A DNA stretch of 64,000 nt from Octopus sinensis (lineage: Eukaryota), in contig NC_042999.1 in the NCBI RefSeq assembly GCF_006345805.1, positions 43,338,001-43,402,000 of the forward strand, in the 5' to 3' direction. The notes below the pieces were generated by a model, which was given only the letters and a program-made list of their open reading frames with translations, had not been told where the DNA came from and did not search any database. This document shows positions 26,522 through 39,095 of the stretch, piece after piece. The translations under genes were made by a program, and so were the position numbers. Each line of letters starts with the position of its first letter. Position 1 is the first letter of the stretch.

Positions 26522-26760
26522 GTAGATAGATAGATAGATAGATAGATAGGTAGATAGATAGGTAGATAGATATATTATACACACACACACACAGCAGGCT
26601 TCTTTTAGTTTTCATAACCAAATCCACTCACAAGGCTTTCGTCAGCCCAGGGCTAATGTAAAAAAACACCTCTTGCTCAAGATAATAAACAGTGAAATTA
26701 AACGTGGAACTGTGTGGTTGAGAACCTAATTTCTCAACCATATAGCTTTGCTTGCATCAG
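26270..26760 (-). mobile_element. SINE family D with central (TAGA)n expansion (26481-26575)
   Basis: D tail, GATA tetranucleotide array, A-type head. Confidence 0.8.
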
Positions 26761-28257
26761 TGTATATGAATAGCAGACCATTACGAGTAACAGCTGTGCT
26801 AAATAAATTTTTCGATTTAAAAAAGAAAAAAAATTTTTTTTTAGTTATAATGTTGAGTTCAAGTTTTCCTACAGTTCGTAAGCTGAGAATATCAATAATA
26901 CCACAGACCAGTTAATTCTACAACTACCAGCCAAAACATATATATCTATATATATATATATACACACAAGCACAAATGCTTGTACACATATGTATATTAA
27001 GGTGTAGCAGAATAAGAAAAATCCTGTTTTTAGATGATTACTTAAAGAAAAGCAAAAAGAAATCCTGCAAGTAAATAAATAAATAAATAAATAAATACAA
27101 ATAAATAACAAAAAGACACAAAAAAAAATCTATGGAAATCGGATAGATAGGAATGAGATTTTAGATTTTAGAACAACATGAACATCCACAGAGCACCCAT
27201 ACTGTCTCCTCAACTACAATGGGAAAAGATTGGGAATATTCGTCAAAATGACAGAACACTTAACAGCTAAAGACACAGAGAGAAATCAGGTAATCCTTAA
27301 AGACAGGAATACCATAATTGTGATTGAGTACTTACTACCTAAACAGAAACAGTGTATCAATACTTAGTGGAGAGAGAGAGAGAGGGAGGGAGGGAGAGCA
27401 AGCAAGTTAAGAATACAAGGAGTCGGGGGGAAACAAGGAGAATATAGATGGGGGGGGCACAACTAATGCAATATTATTATCATAAATAAAAATAATAATA
27501 ATAATAATAAGGAAAACAATAATAATGAAAAATGTATTTCTTCAACAAAACTTAGGAAGGAGAGGAATCCTGAGTGCTGAACTAGAGGATGACAAATATT
27601 CCCCTTTTAATAATGACACACGCACTCAACATTACCTTTTTTTTTTTCTCCCTGTGGACAAGGAGCAATCCTCATGGAACCCAGAACGATCATGTCTCAT
27701 ATCAGTAAGTTTAGCCTCTCAGGCTTACACTAAGATATACAATTTTCAACACCCATAATGGTTAATTGGGGGGAAAAAAACATGTAATAAAACCATTCAT
27801 CTCCCCCCCCCCCTCGCACCACACATAGATACACACACAAGACATAATTTTATATACATATATATATATATATATATTGCCCTTGGGATATAGAGGAATG
27901 AATCTAAATATAGCAAAGTAAATAAATTCTTTAGCATTTGTCAGCCAGCTAATATCATCATCATCATCGTCGTCATCATGTTTGCTTTCCCAACCCATAC
28001 CAGCATGCAATCAGACATCAAATGGTGATGATATTGTTGACGCATCATCCCGATCTAGTTTGGTTTTTAGTTGGAGTTACTATCCTCCAAGGCAGATCCG
28101 AAAACATCTCAATCTCACAATCCATTTTTAATATGATTTCTAAGGCTGGATGTCCTTCCTGTCACCAATGATTCTACAGAGTACTGGAAGTATTTTATCA
28201 TGGCAAGGCCTTTCTATCTATGTTGTCTCCATATGCTCACTCACCAACAAGAATTAA

Positions 28258-28602
28258 GCCTTTTTGGAACCAACCTCTCTGAGGCCACCTTTAGTTCTGT
28301 GGCACAAACTTTCTCTTATAATAAAGTGATCTAATTAAAACCTTCCATTAAAATTTCTTGCTTATTGGTTAGGAAGTGTGGTCAACCACAGAAACCATAC
28401 CAAAGCAGACACTGGGACACAGTGCAGTTCTTGGACCCATCAGAACCTACTAAACCATGCAACCTATGCCAGCATGGGACATGGATGTTGAATTATAGAT
28501 GATGATGATGATGATGGTGATTTTACCGAATTCTTCCATTATTTTCAAATGTAATTGAAACAATGGTCTTTTTCTTTTCACAGAAATATGATAACAAAAG
28601 GG
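28258..28602. mobile_element. piggyBac-type MITE family 2, interrupted by SINE-C (about 28366-28520)
   Basis: TTAA at 28254-28257 and 28603-28606. Right end ATAACAAAAGGG-TTAA is shared with 56153-56374. Confidence 0.7.
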
Positions 28603-29469
28603 TTAAACAGTCCCTGCTTCCCTGTATTCTACTCATTTGAGAGAGAGAGAGAGAGAAAGGAAGGGAGGGAGGGGGAGTCCCTACCAATAAAATAGGAAGA
28701 TAAATGAAAACTTCAGCAGATTACATAAAAAAAATTTGTTAGAGGGCAAACAAAACAGAAAACAAAAATACAAAAAAAAAAAAAGAAAAGGAAAGCAATT
28801 TACTTGCAACATTTCCAAGAGCACCATTTGTCATTTTCAGTGGGTTTAACTCCTCCATTAGAGGCAGCATCAGGAAAGGCTGAAATAAAACACAAAAGAT
28901 AAATAAGATATGTGTGTATATGTATATATATATATAGAGAGAGAGAGAGAGGGGGGGAGAGTTTACATTGATTACATGTGCAGAAACAAGGGATTTATAG
29001 TTTTATCACAACAGCAGCAGTAGTTAAAGGAACAGACGGAAATGAAACTAGGGAATAAAATATACACAAGTGGGTTTATATTTCATATAAAGAATTCCTC
29101 GGAGAAAGAGAAGTCCTCTTTTTATGCTTTTTATGCTTACTGCCTTTGAGAGGGGGAGAGAGAGAGTGTGTGTGTGTGTGTAATTTAGATGTATGTTGCA
29201 TACATAAATGGAAGGAACCTGTACATGGTCACTCAATTCACTAGAAATAACAGTCAAAATCTCCCTTAAATCACATTACTCTTTAAATAGAAAAACACAT
29301 GCTAGAGTGGATCTCAACCATTTTTTGCCTATGGGGACCCCTTTGATTCCTGTTTTGGCCTACTGGACCTACAAAGCCATTCACTGTATATAAAAAAGAA
29401 TTTACTGTAATTTTGCAAGTAGATATTAAGAAATGATGAAGCATTGAAGGCTGATCTCTAGACACTACT

Positions 29470-30180
29470 CAAGAAGACCCATCCGCCACAGCAGAATTGA
29501 TACTGATGTTGGTGCCACATAACAAGCACTAATGCTGGTGCCATGTTAAAAGCACCCAGTACACTCTATGGAGTGGTTGGTGTTAGGGAGGGCATACAGC
29601 CATAGAAACCATACCAAAACAGACAATGGAGCGTGGTACAGCCCCTGGCCTTACCAGCTCCGGTTAAGCCAGCCAACAAAATCTTATATAGGGAATAGAA
29701 ATGAATTAACCTAGAGAATATGGTTACTGGACTACAAACACAAAGGATTTTAGTTCAAACCCACTGAAGAGACTTCAATGTAACCCTCAAGAATAGGTAG
29801 TATATACCTGGAAAATACTACCCAACCTCCCATAGGCAACCTCACAATCCATTTTTAATATGATTTCTATGGCTGGATGTCCTTCCTGTCACCAATGATT
29901 CTACAGAGTACTGAACTGGCAATGTTTCTACAGCTGGATGCCCTTCCTAACGCCAACCACTCCATGAGTGTAGTGGGTGCTTTTTACGTGCCACCGACAC
30001 ACTGGACAAAATACTTAATGACATTTCTTCTTTATATTCTGAGTTCAAATTCTGCCAGAGCTGACTTTTCATCTTTCTGGGGTTGATGAAGTAAGTATCA
30101 GTTGAGCATTGGAGTCAATGTAATTGACTAGTCCATCCCACAAAAATGTCAAGTTTTGTGCTTTTATATAGTAAAAAGGA
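29470..30180. mobile_element. SINE-C (+, 29470-29680), SINE-C (-, 29915-30000) and SINE-B (+, 30010-30180) remnants
   Basis: Diagnostic GGTTGGTGTTAGGGAGGGCAT, CAGCTGGATGCCCTTCCTAACGCCAACCAC and TTCTGAGTTCAAATTCTGCC segments. Confidence 0.75.
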
Positions 30181-31134
30181 TTATTTTAAATTGATCATGC
30201 AATTATCTCATAGCTTTAAAATTTTTATATAGTTGTTTATTTTTAGGTGTGAGAGATCAGATGTGGTCAGTTTGAACATAAGACAAGTAGAATATTTGAG
30301 CCATATATGACCAGTTGAAATGCTGTAGAGTTAACACAGTCATCAGAAGTCTAGTGACAATACTTCTTTTAATGGCCACCAAAGAAAGGACGTTGTCCTC
30401 AAACCATCGATTTGCCCAAAAATGCCTCCCTCCCCCCACCAAATGCTTGTAGCATTGTAGCCCCCCCCCCCACCCACTGCAAAAGGCATTCAAGGGATAG
30501 GTCATGATGTTAAATCAGATGACAGATAATGTCTACTATCCAAAACAGGAATAGTCTCAGCAACTGGTTCCCACACAGCAGCCATTTATCAAATCTCACT
30601 CTCCATAATTTGGTCGACCCCAAACTCCAGAAGACACTTCTCCAAGTGCTGTACAGTAAGACTGAACCTGAAACCATATTGTTATGAAGAAGTTTATGAT
30701 CATACACCCTAGGGACTAAATTTAAAACTTAAGAAAGCAAGATATCTGCTAAGTATTCACTCAATAACCTTTGCAATGCAGTAACTGCACTTATCATTTA
30801 TGTACTGCATCATAGCAACATTTGAGGTTAACAGTTATTGATGCTGTTGTTAACCTTAGCTATATCTGATTTGGGCTATTTGGGTTGAATTACAAACCTG
30901 TTTAAAATCATTGTTATAATGAAATTACCTTCTTTAAAGAGGGGTCTAATACAACAGAAAATATACTGACCTTAAATGAGTAGAAACAATCTAAGAAAAA
31001 AAAGTACTCTCCCTAGTATATAACTATGATGATGACAATTGTAATGTGGCCATATTATCTTAGGGAAAAGAACACACTGGACACTGATCCAAGATACATT
31101 ATGTCTCTAAAACGAAAGCAAAATTTCCACAGCT

Positions 31135-31555
31135 ATCATCATCATCGTTTAATGTCCACTTTCCATGATAGCATGGGTTGGACGATTTGACTGAGGACTG
31201 GCGAACCAGATAGCTGCGCCAGGCTCCAATCTGATCTGGCAGAGTTTCTACAGCTGGATGCCCTTCCTAATGCCAACCACCCCGAGAGTGTAGTTAGTGG
31301 GTGCCACCGGCACGAGGGCCAGTCTGGCAGTACTGGCAACAGCCACACTCGAAATGGTGTTTTTTACATGCCACATGCACGGGAGTTAGTCCAGCGGCCC
31401 TGGCAACAACCTCACTCAAACGTTTTGTTCACGTGCTACCGGCACAAGTGCCAGTAAGGTGACGCTGCTAACGATCACACTCAAATGGTGCTTCTTATGT
31501 GCCACCAGCACGGAAGCCAGACAGTTGCTCTGGCAGTGATCCTGCTCGGATGGAA
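31135..31555 (-). mobile_element. SINE family C, long copy with internal GTGCCACCGGCAC-based repeats
   Basis: (CAT)n, then CGTTTAATGTCCACTTTCCATG..CAGCTGGATGCCCTTCCTAATGCCAACCAC, then four related blocks. Confidence 0.88.
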
Positions 31556-32168
31556 TACCTTTTGATTATAGGACTGCTTGATTGGAGCTGGCCTCAGGTC
31601 AAATAATAACAATGACAACAATCAAATGATCTAACTGCACTAAGAGAGCCCTTAAATACACAACAAAACAGTTACAGTGCATTTAAGCTCAAAACTTATG
31701 AATTGATAGCTTAAACAGAGCTGTCTCAGACAAGCTGTCCATCAATAATAACTGCCACTTTACTTATCTTACAAAATTTAGTCAGTTTTGTGCTTAATGG
31801 TCACATCTAATGTTGTTAGAAATATAAAAATGATTACCATATTCCAATATAAAAAGCATGGGTTATATAACTAAATAAATGAACATATAAATAAAAGTAA
31901 TATTGATTCTTCTGATAGATATAGTGCAAACATATAACACTGTGCATTCAAGTTTAAAGTTCAGGAAGATTTACATATTACATAGCATCTTATCTATGTT
32001 ATCTGTGTGTACTTTTATGTATCGTGTGTGTGTGTGTGTGTGCACTTTTATGTATCATCTGTGCATGTGTATAAAGTAACTAATGTTACACTTCAGAGTG
32101 CAACTTGTCCAGATATCCAAGAGAAAAATATACTAGTTTCAACAATATACACATACACACATGATTTT

Positions 32169-32203
<35 letters not shown>

Positions 32204-33044
32204 GTAAAACACACATACAAACATAGTGTTTTGAACATTTACTTTGCAAAACTATTGACACACAAAAAAAAAAAAGGTGGTTAAGTACAAGTAACAAAAT
32301 AATGTAAAAGTGAGGAGAAAAAGTTGGAGTAAGGAGAGAGAGAAAGAAAAGCAGACATGATGAGAGGAAGACAGAACCACACAAAATGGTTCTCTGGAAC
32401 TCTCAATGGAAGCAAGAGTTCAACCTACCTCCCCCACTCAGATATCAGCAGCGGCGGCGGCACCACCACCCCCACAACAACCATGGTCAAGATAAAATTG
32501 ATGGAATGAAACTAAGACCATTTTAACAGACAAGAAGCATTAATGTTAAGCTAAGTTGATATGTTACAGTTCTTTAATAACAGACAAGAATGAAAGAGAG
32601 GAAAGAGCAAGTGTGGGGAGGGTGATAAAAAGAAGAAAAAAATCTCATGATAAAGAAGAACAAAGAGAAGAAGAAGAGACACCATTAAAAGCAATAATGA
32701 GTAGTGAGGAAGCTAATGTCAGGGAGAAGATCTAACCACAATTGACTAGATAAAAGATCAATATCACTAATCATAAAAAGCAGAAGATATACATTAAATC
32801 TCAATACAACAATATGGCAATCCCTTTATGTACAAAATTCCATGGTTTTCTGCTTAGTTTTAATTTGTACAAAGTTTTTTATTTCTTTGTTGCTGCTATT
32901 GTTGATTTGCTTTTCTTGTGTGTGTGTGTGTGTTAGTACAATCAAATGTTATAGAGTAAGAAGCAAACATTTTGCTTAAGAGACAGCAAGATGGTGGTAT
33001 GAGGTCACTGCTTGAAGACATTTATTTCAGATACACTTACTTAC

Positions 33045-33087
33045 TGCCATTGGAAAAGGCATAAACATCACACAACTTCAATTTCAT
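33045..33087 (-). CDS. Candidate first coding mini-exon MKLKLCDVYAFSNG, host gene unknown
   Basis: AAGATGA start context; 14 codons plus 1 nt, then GTAAGTAAGT. No homology recognised. Confidence 0.25.
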
Positions 33088-33178
33088 CTTCTCACAAAAT
33101 GAAAATAAGCAGCAAATATATTTGACCTTTTTCTGCTAAATTGTGATATTTTGAGTTATAGTTCTAATTGTTTTTGAC

Positions 33179-33448
33179 ATGTCAAGGAATGACAATTCTT
33201 TTACCGCGCTGCCAAAGGAAGACAATTTTCCAGCCATGCTGCAAAGAAGAGACAATTCTGTTACCAAGCTGCCAAAGGGGTACCAATTTGACCTGGATAT
33301 TGCTGAAGAGTAGGGACAGTACAGTCATCATATGATCAAGGGATGACAATTCAGTTACTATACTGCCAGAATTCTCATCCTGTTGCCATACTACAAAGGA
33401 ACAAGTCTACAACACAATGCTACCAAGTAATGCTAATTCTGCTACTAA
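33179..33448 (+). repeat. Degenerate 30-bp tandem repeat (GACAATTC..ACC..GCTGCCAAAGGAA)
   Basis: GACAAT-like anchors at 33191, 33221, 33251, 33282, 33315 and 33345. Confidence 0.8.
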
Positions 33449-33666
33449 CACCTATTTCTTTATTACCCACAAGGGGCTAAACATAGAGGGGACAAACATG
33501 GACAGACATAGGTATTAAGTCAATTATATCGATCCCAGTGCATCGACCCCGAAAGGATGAAAGGCAAAGTTGACCTCGGCGGAATTTGAACTCACAACGT
33601 AACGGCAGCCGAAATACCGCTAAGCATTTCGCCTGACGTGCTAACGATTCTGCCAGCTCGCCGCCT
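33449..33666 (-). mobile_element. Young SINE-B with 12-bp TSD
   Basis: TSD TTCTGCTACTAA at 33437-33448 and 33667-33678. CpG-rich head ..CTGCCAGCTCGCCGCC. Confidence 0.95.
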
Positions 33667-35217
33667 TTCTGCTACTAATACTGCCATGGCTTTTGGCAAT
33701 CTCAACAGGCAAAAACAAAATCAGATTCGTTGATCTTAGCTACAAATACCTAAAAGTACTTGCAAATAAACAGACTAATTAGCACAAAAGTCCCTCTCAA
33801 ACAACACACTCAAACCTCTGACCCACAGACATGCTGTCTCCCCATTGCCTTTGCTGCAGTGTGACCTCTGCACATCAAAGCTCACTGATCTTATCCAGCT
33901 TCCACACAGGCATTCCTGACTCAATTCATCTTGTCTTGTCACCCCTGCCCTTGAGTCAAAAGCTCACCAACCATAACCTTCAGTTCCTGCAACAGCCACT
34001 AGGTCCAGTTCTTCCTCTACTGTTTTTTTTCCTGAAGCTAGAAGCTAACAACTACAGATACAGCACCTGATGGTCAAGAATCTCTTATAATCCATAATTT
34101 ATCAGTAGAAACTTTTAATTTCTGTAGCTGCTACACTAGTTTACTGGGCAGCTCTATTTCACAGTACCTTGCACTGCACAGGATTAATAAGCTTGTATTA
34201 TTTATACAAGCACCTGTATTTCATATACTTATTGAAGTAAATTTGATGTTTGTTAAATTTAGAGATGACACCCCTGATGCATAAAATTCAGTAATCTGGA
34301 AAGGGTTTGGAACTGAAAGTTCCAGAAAATCCATGCTGTACCTATATTCAAAAAACAATAACCAGTTTTGGAAGGCCTGCAAAAGAACACAGGCATAGAT
34401 CCTTGTTTAAAAGACTATATCATACAGGTCAATCACTGGTATAAATCTGATAAATTTCAACGAGACCTAATAATATAGCATGACATGTAACATGACTATC
34501 AAACATTTCTGTATGTGAAAACATATTGTTTATAACTTAGTATTTAGTCTAAATGCAAAAAGGGGAAAGAAAAAAAGATATGTGGGTTATAGCACAATTA
34601 CATGATAAACACCAAATATGCTTTCAACACAGAAATGTTTGATGATTATATAACAAGGCATTCCACAAGTCTAATAAAAATTAATGGACGCCTATCAAAG
34701 TAAAAATCAGCATTACATTTTGGTACAATAGCTTGCACAACTGATTACATATACCTGAGTTCATACAAGCATTGTTGTGTCTATGGACAAAAGACCAACC
34801 AATTCATACTTCTTCAGTCTGCTAAGCTCGCAAACAGGTTCTAATTTTACCAATGTAGTTGTATTGTTAATATAAAGCAGAAAAGAGCATCTAGCTGCAA
34901 ACAGAATTTCTTCTGCAATACATAAATTTGCATTAAAAAAAAAATCAAAAAATTCTTTTTAAATAATAAATCCAGCCATACCTGTATATGGAGCAGGGGA
35001 TGGATAAAAACAGTAGAACTTGTTATTTTTAAATATTGTTTAGCATTCACTTTACCATATTTGCTTGAGGGTCTGCTTCCACCCCCTGCTATGGGAAAAA
35101 TGTTGCAGTTGATTGTCTTCTTGCTGTTAACCAACTTTGAGGTAAAAGAGAAGTACCTAACCTGTTTTTATTAGTCTGGTGGAACTGGAATTAAATAGAG
35201 TTATACGCCTCACTCAC

Positions 35218-35550
35218 AAGCCTTTAGTATTCAGATTACTCTGTCAAATGTAATGCTTATTCATTCACAATGTTTTGAATTAATCATATATTATCTTAGA
35301 GCTTTAAAATTTTGACTGATGTATATTTTTAGAATAACATTGAAGTGTAGGTGTAAGAGGCCAGATCTGGTCAGTCTGAGCATAAAACAGATACTGACCC
35401 CAGTGTTTTGCTGGTACTTAATCTATCCATCCTGAAAGGATGAAAGGCAAAGTCAACCTCAGCAGAATTTGAACTCAGAGAACAGCAATGGGCAGCAAAA
35501 TACCACTTAGCATTTTGTCCAGCATGCTAACAATTCTGCCAGCTCACCAC
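35218..35550. mobile_element. piggyBac-type MITE family 1 (35218-35395) abutting a SINE-B (-, 35395-35550)
   Basis: CCTTTAGTATTCAGATTACTCTGTCAAATGTAATGC body, then CTGAAAGGATGAAAGGCAAAGTCAACCTC. Confidence 0.8.
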
Positions 35551-35551
35551 T

Positions 35552-35593
<42 letters not shown>

Positions 35594-35616
35594 ATAATAA
35601 TAATAATAATAATAAT

Positions 35617-36156
35617 ACCAGGCAGTGGCTCACATGGCTGCTGATCTTAACTGATTGGAAGTGTTACCATGTACATTGTTTTGTCTTGGTATAAAAGATG
35701 GGTTACAGCAAATATTCTGCTCAATACTACAGATTTGCTTGTCAGTTGTTTGACCATAACCAGTTGAGCATGTCCCTTAGTGGCTGACGATATGTGCATC
35801 TCTGATCACGAGCAGAAATAGTGAGGGAGCATCATAGCCATGTGTTGAGAGGGATTCTTTGGGGTTTGAATATTTCACCTCTGGAAACATGGGTGTTTCA
35901 TTCAACATCCTTACACAACCCTTATTCAGAGACCTTTAGAGTGGGATGGGTTACTCGACCAGAAGAACATTCTAACTGGGCCCCACCTGCACGGTCATGT
36001 ACTGTTTATCTTGATATGAGATCACCATGTCACGCACATATGGTTGTGATCCATGTGCCTAGTGTACCCTCATCAGACGGGTAGTCATGATGGGGTATGC
36101 TGGGCTTCGTATATTTTACCCCAGTGTCACTTTGATGGCATGCACTGCTCTCTCTC
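35617..36156. mobile_element. Interspersed repeat family E, copy 2 (opposite orientation to copy 1)
   Basis: Reverse-complement match to 23193-23861; (AAT)n on both sides. Confidence 0.8.
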
Positions 36157-36699
36157 AATAATGATAATAATAATAATAATAATCACCCCTAACATTAGTA
36201 TAAATTTGTATAGGTAAGGAGCTACTGTTTAACTGAGTCTTGTATATAATCTCCCAATTGCATAAAGATAAGCAAATATAACAAAAAAAAAAGAACAGCA
36301 ACCACTGTGAGAACTGAACTCAGTAATATAACCATTCTGTTAATGGTGAAATCTTCATGCCAATATTAAGCTTGATGACTGTTATTACTTCTACTTCTAC
36401 TCCTTCATTAAGTCTTTGAAACATATAGTTATGTATGTGTGCAGATGAGTCAACAACGGAGCCTTGTACATGGTTGGTTTCACAAGTAGAAGATGAATAT
36501 AGCTGTCAATATAGCTACCTCACATCACAACTCCAGTCTTTCAATAATCAAAAACAAAATAATTTTCTTTTAAAATAACACCGAGAATGTAGCCCTGATG
36601 CTCAAATTAAAATTAGGATGAGCATAGCTGGAAAACCTTTGATCATCGGTCTTCTTGTATAGAGCTGAAATGCAGTTAAATAATTTCTTTTCTAACATA

Positions 36700-37250
36700 T
36701 GCACAGGGATGGCTTCAGGTTCAGCTCCACTGCACAGAACCTTCGCCAAGTGTCTTCTAGTATAGCTGTGAACTGACAAATACCTTGCAAGTGAATTTGG
36801 AAGATGGAAACTGTGTGTAAGCCTTTGACTGACCGATGGATGGATCGATTGATTGATTGATTGGTCTTTGTGCTGGTCTCCCCACCACCACCATTTGACC
36901 AATGGTACTGATTTGTTTTCCCCCACCTACCCACCTTGACTCCAACAAAAAAGACCAATAGACTTTAAAAATAGCACTAGAGTCAATCTGTTTGATAAAA
37001 ACCGGTTACGGTAGTGCCCCAGCATGGTCACAGTCTTATGACTGAAACAAGTAAAACGATAAAATAGATAAACACAAGGCTCAAACTTTGAAGAGAAGAG
37101 GAAAGCTTAATCAAATTTATATAAATCTCCAGAAAGATGAAACGCAAAATTAACCTCAGCGGGATCTGAACCCAGAACATAGACATCCAGAACAAATCAC
37201 TTGCAATGCATTCTACCTACTGCTGTAAAAACACTGCCAATTCACCACTC
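36700..37250. mobile_element. SINE-A (+, 36700-37060) and SINE-B remnant (-, 37075-37250)
   Basis: A head and tail with a GATT/GATG core; B segment AAAGATGAAACGCAAAATTAACCTCAGCGGGATCTGAACCCAGAAC. Confidence 0.78.
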
Positions 37251-37409
37251 TTGCTGGAGAGAGGTGTTATGGTTATATGCACACAAATATCCCAACTATA
37301 GACATAAATATTCCAAAGTAAATACTCAAACAAGCAGTTGGTGGTAATAGCATGCAAGGCGATTCAATAAGGTATTTTCTCCAATATACACACACCTACA
37401 AATCATAAC

Positions 37410-37444
37410 ATGTCAATATTATGTAGTTCTTGCGTGAAAGAGAG
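37410..37444 (+). CDS. Candidate first coding mini-exon MSILCSSCVKE(R)
   Basis: AACATGT start; 11 codons plus 2 nt, then GAG|GTAAGT. No homology recognised. Confidence 0.22.
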
Positions 37445-37701
37445 GTAAGTTCATAACAGATATATGTAGCTGTTATATAGACAATAATACACTTCACATG
37501 CCTGATCACAATTAATCCATAGTTGAGCTATAGATTAATCACTTCCGAAAAGGATCTTGATCTTTTTATTTTCATTGCTGTTGTTATCATTGTTGATAAT
37601 CAGTATTACATTACAAATAGAATAATAATAGCTGAACACCACCAAAGTAAAGAAAACAACACCTTCACTCGGCTGCTTTACACTTACAAACACAAACATG
37701 G

Positions 37702-37741
<40 letters not shown>

Positions 37742-38218
37742 GCAGAAGATAAAGCATATACAGACAAAGCAAAACATAGACACAGTCCAGGCAAAAACAT
37801 ACAAAGTGAAACACACATAGAGATAAAGTAAAATACATGCACACACACACACACACATAGATAAAACACACATACACAGAGAGAGAAAAAAAAACACATA
37901 CATACAGAAGTAAAATACAAACAGAAGCAAAACATATACACACATTGCTTAAGCTCTAGTAAAAAAAAAAGAAAGAAAAAACAACTAATCATTATGTGCA
38001 GGCATGACTGTTTGATTAAGATGCTAGCTTTGCAACCATGTGGTTCTGGGTTCAGTCCCACTGTGAAGCACCCTGGGCAAATTAACGCCCTGTGAATGAA
38101 TATAGTAAACAGAAAGCATGTGGAAGCCTGTTGTGTGTGTGTGTGTGTGCGCACATATATGTATGCAAGTGTATAATACTTCATCTCAGATAAATTACTG
38201 GCCCCCTACAAAGTTTAA

Positions 38219-38435
38219 CCCTTTAACATTTAAACTAGCCATATGAGGCCGAAATATTCTACATGTTCTATGTTCAAACTGTCCAAATTTGGCCTCTCAC
38301 ATTTACCATACAATACCATTCTAAAAATATACAATCACATCATTGCAATTTTGAAGCTATGAGATAATGCATAATTATTTCAAACCAATTTGAATAAGTA
38401 TGTTATTTGACAGAGTAATCTGAATGCTAAAAGAT
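38219..38435. mobile_element. piggyBac-type MITE family 1, inverted relative to the other copies
   Basis: TTAA-CCCTTTAACATTTAAAC.. and ..CTGAATGCTAAAAGAT-TTAA. Confidence 0.8.
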
Positions 38436-38849
38436 TTAAGAAAGATGCACAATGAAGTACAGTGACCACATCTGCTGCAGCTGTTATTGTTAGTCCACAC
38501 ACAAACAAAGTGGTGCCCCACATGTGTTGCAGTCCAATGAATGAAATAAGAGAAAAGATACACACACAACTTTATTCATTCTATAACTGTTTACCCATAC
38601 TACTTGGATTAGACATATACATATTACTGAGTTCTTTTTGTTGCTAACTCTTACCTGTTTTTCAAGTAAAGGAGGTGTCATGCAACTTGTCTTCTAACAT
38701 ATAAAGATATGCATCATTCATAGCTCAGTTCAGCCAAACACTCAGGCACACAGGCATGCATGAACACACACAGAGGCTTTGCACAGATTTCATCTATCAA
38801 ATTCACTCAAAAGATATTGGCTGTCCTAGGGTTATAGTAAAAGACACTC

Positions 38850-39095
38850 GCCCGTTCTATTGAAAAAGCACTAACCGATCGTGGCTGTTGCCAGCCACCC
38901 CCTGGTACCTGTGCGGGTGGCACGTAAAAAGCACCCACTATACTCACGGAGTGGTTGACATTAGAAAGGGCATCCAGCTGTAGAAACACTGCCAGATCAG
39001 ACTGGAGCCTGGTGCAGCTTCCTGGTTTCCCAGACCCCGGTCGAACCGTCCAACCCATGCTAGCATGGAAAACTGACGTTAAACGATGATGATGA
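38850..39095 (+). mobile_element. SINE family C, well preserved
   Basis: GGTGGCACGTAAAAAGCACCCACT..GACGTTAAACGATGATGATG. Confidence 0.92.

Noticed and set aside
35091-35141. Signal-peptide-like mini-exon MGKMLQLIVFLLLTNFE
   Set aside because: Weak donor GTAAAA; short hydrophobic runs are common in T-rich DNA.
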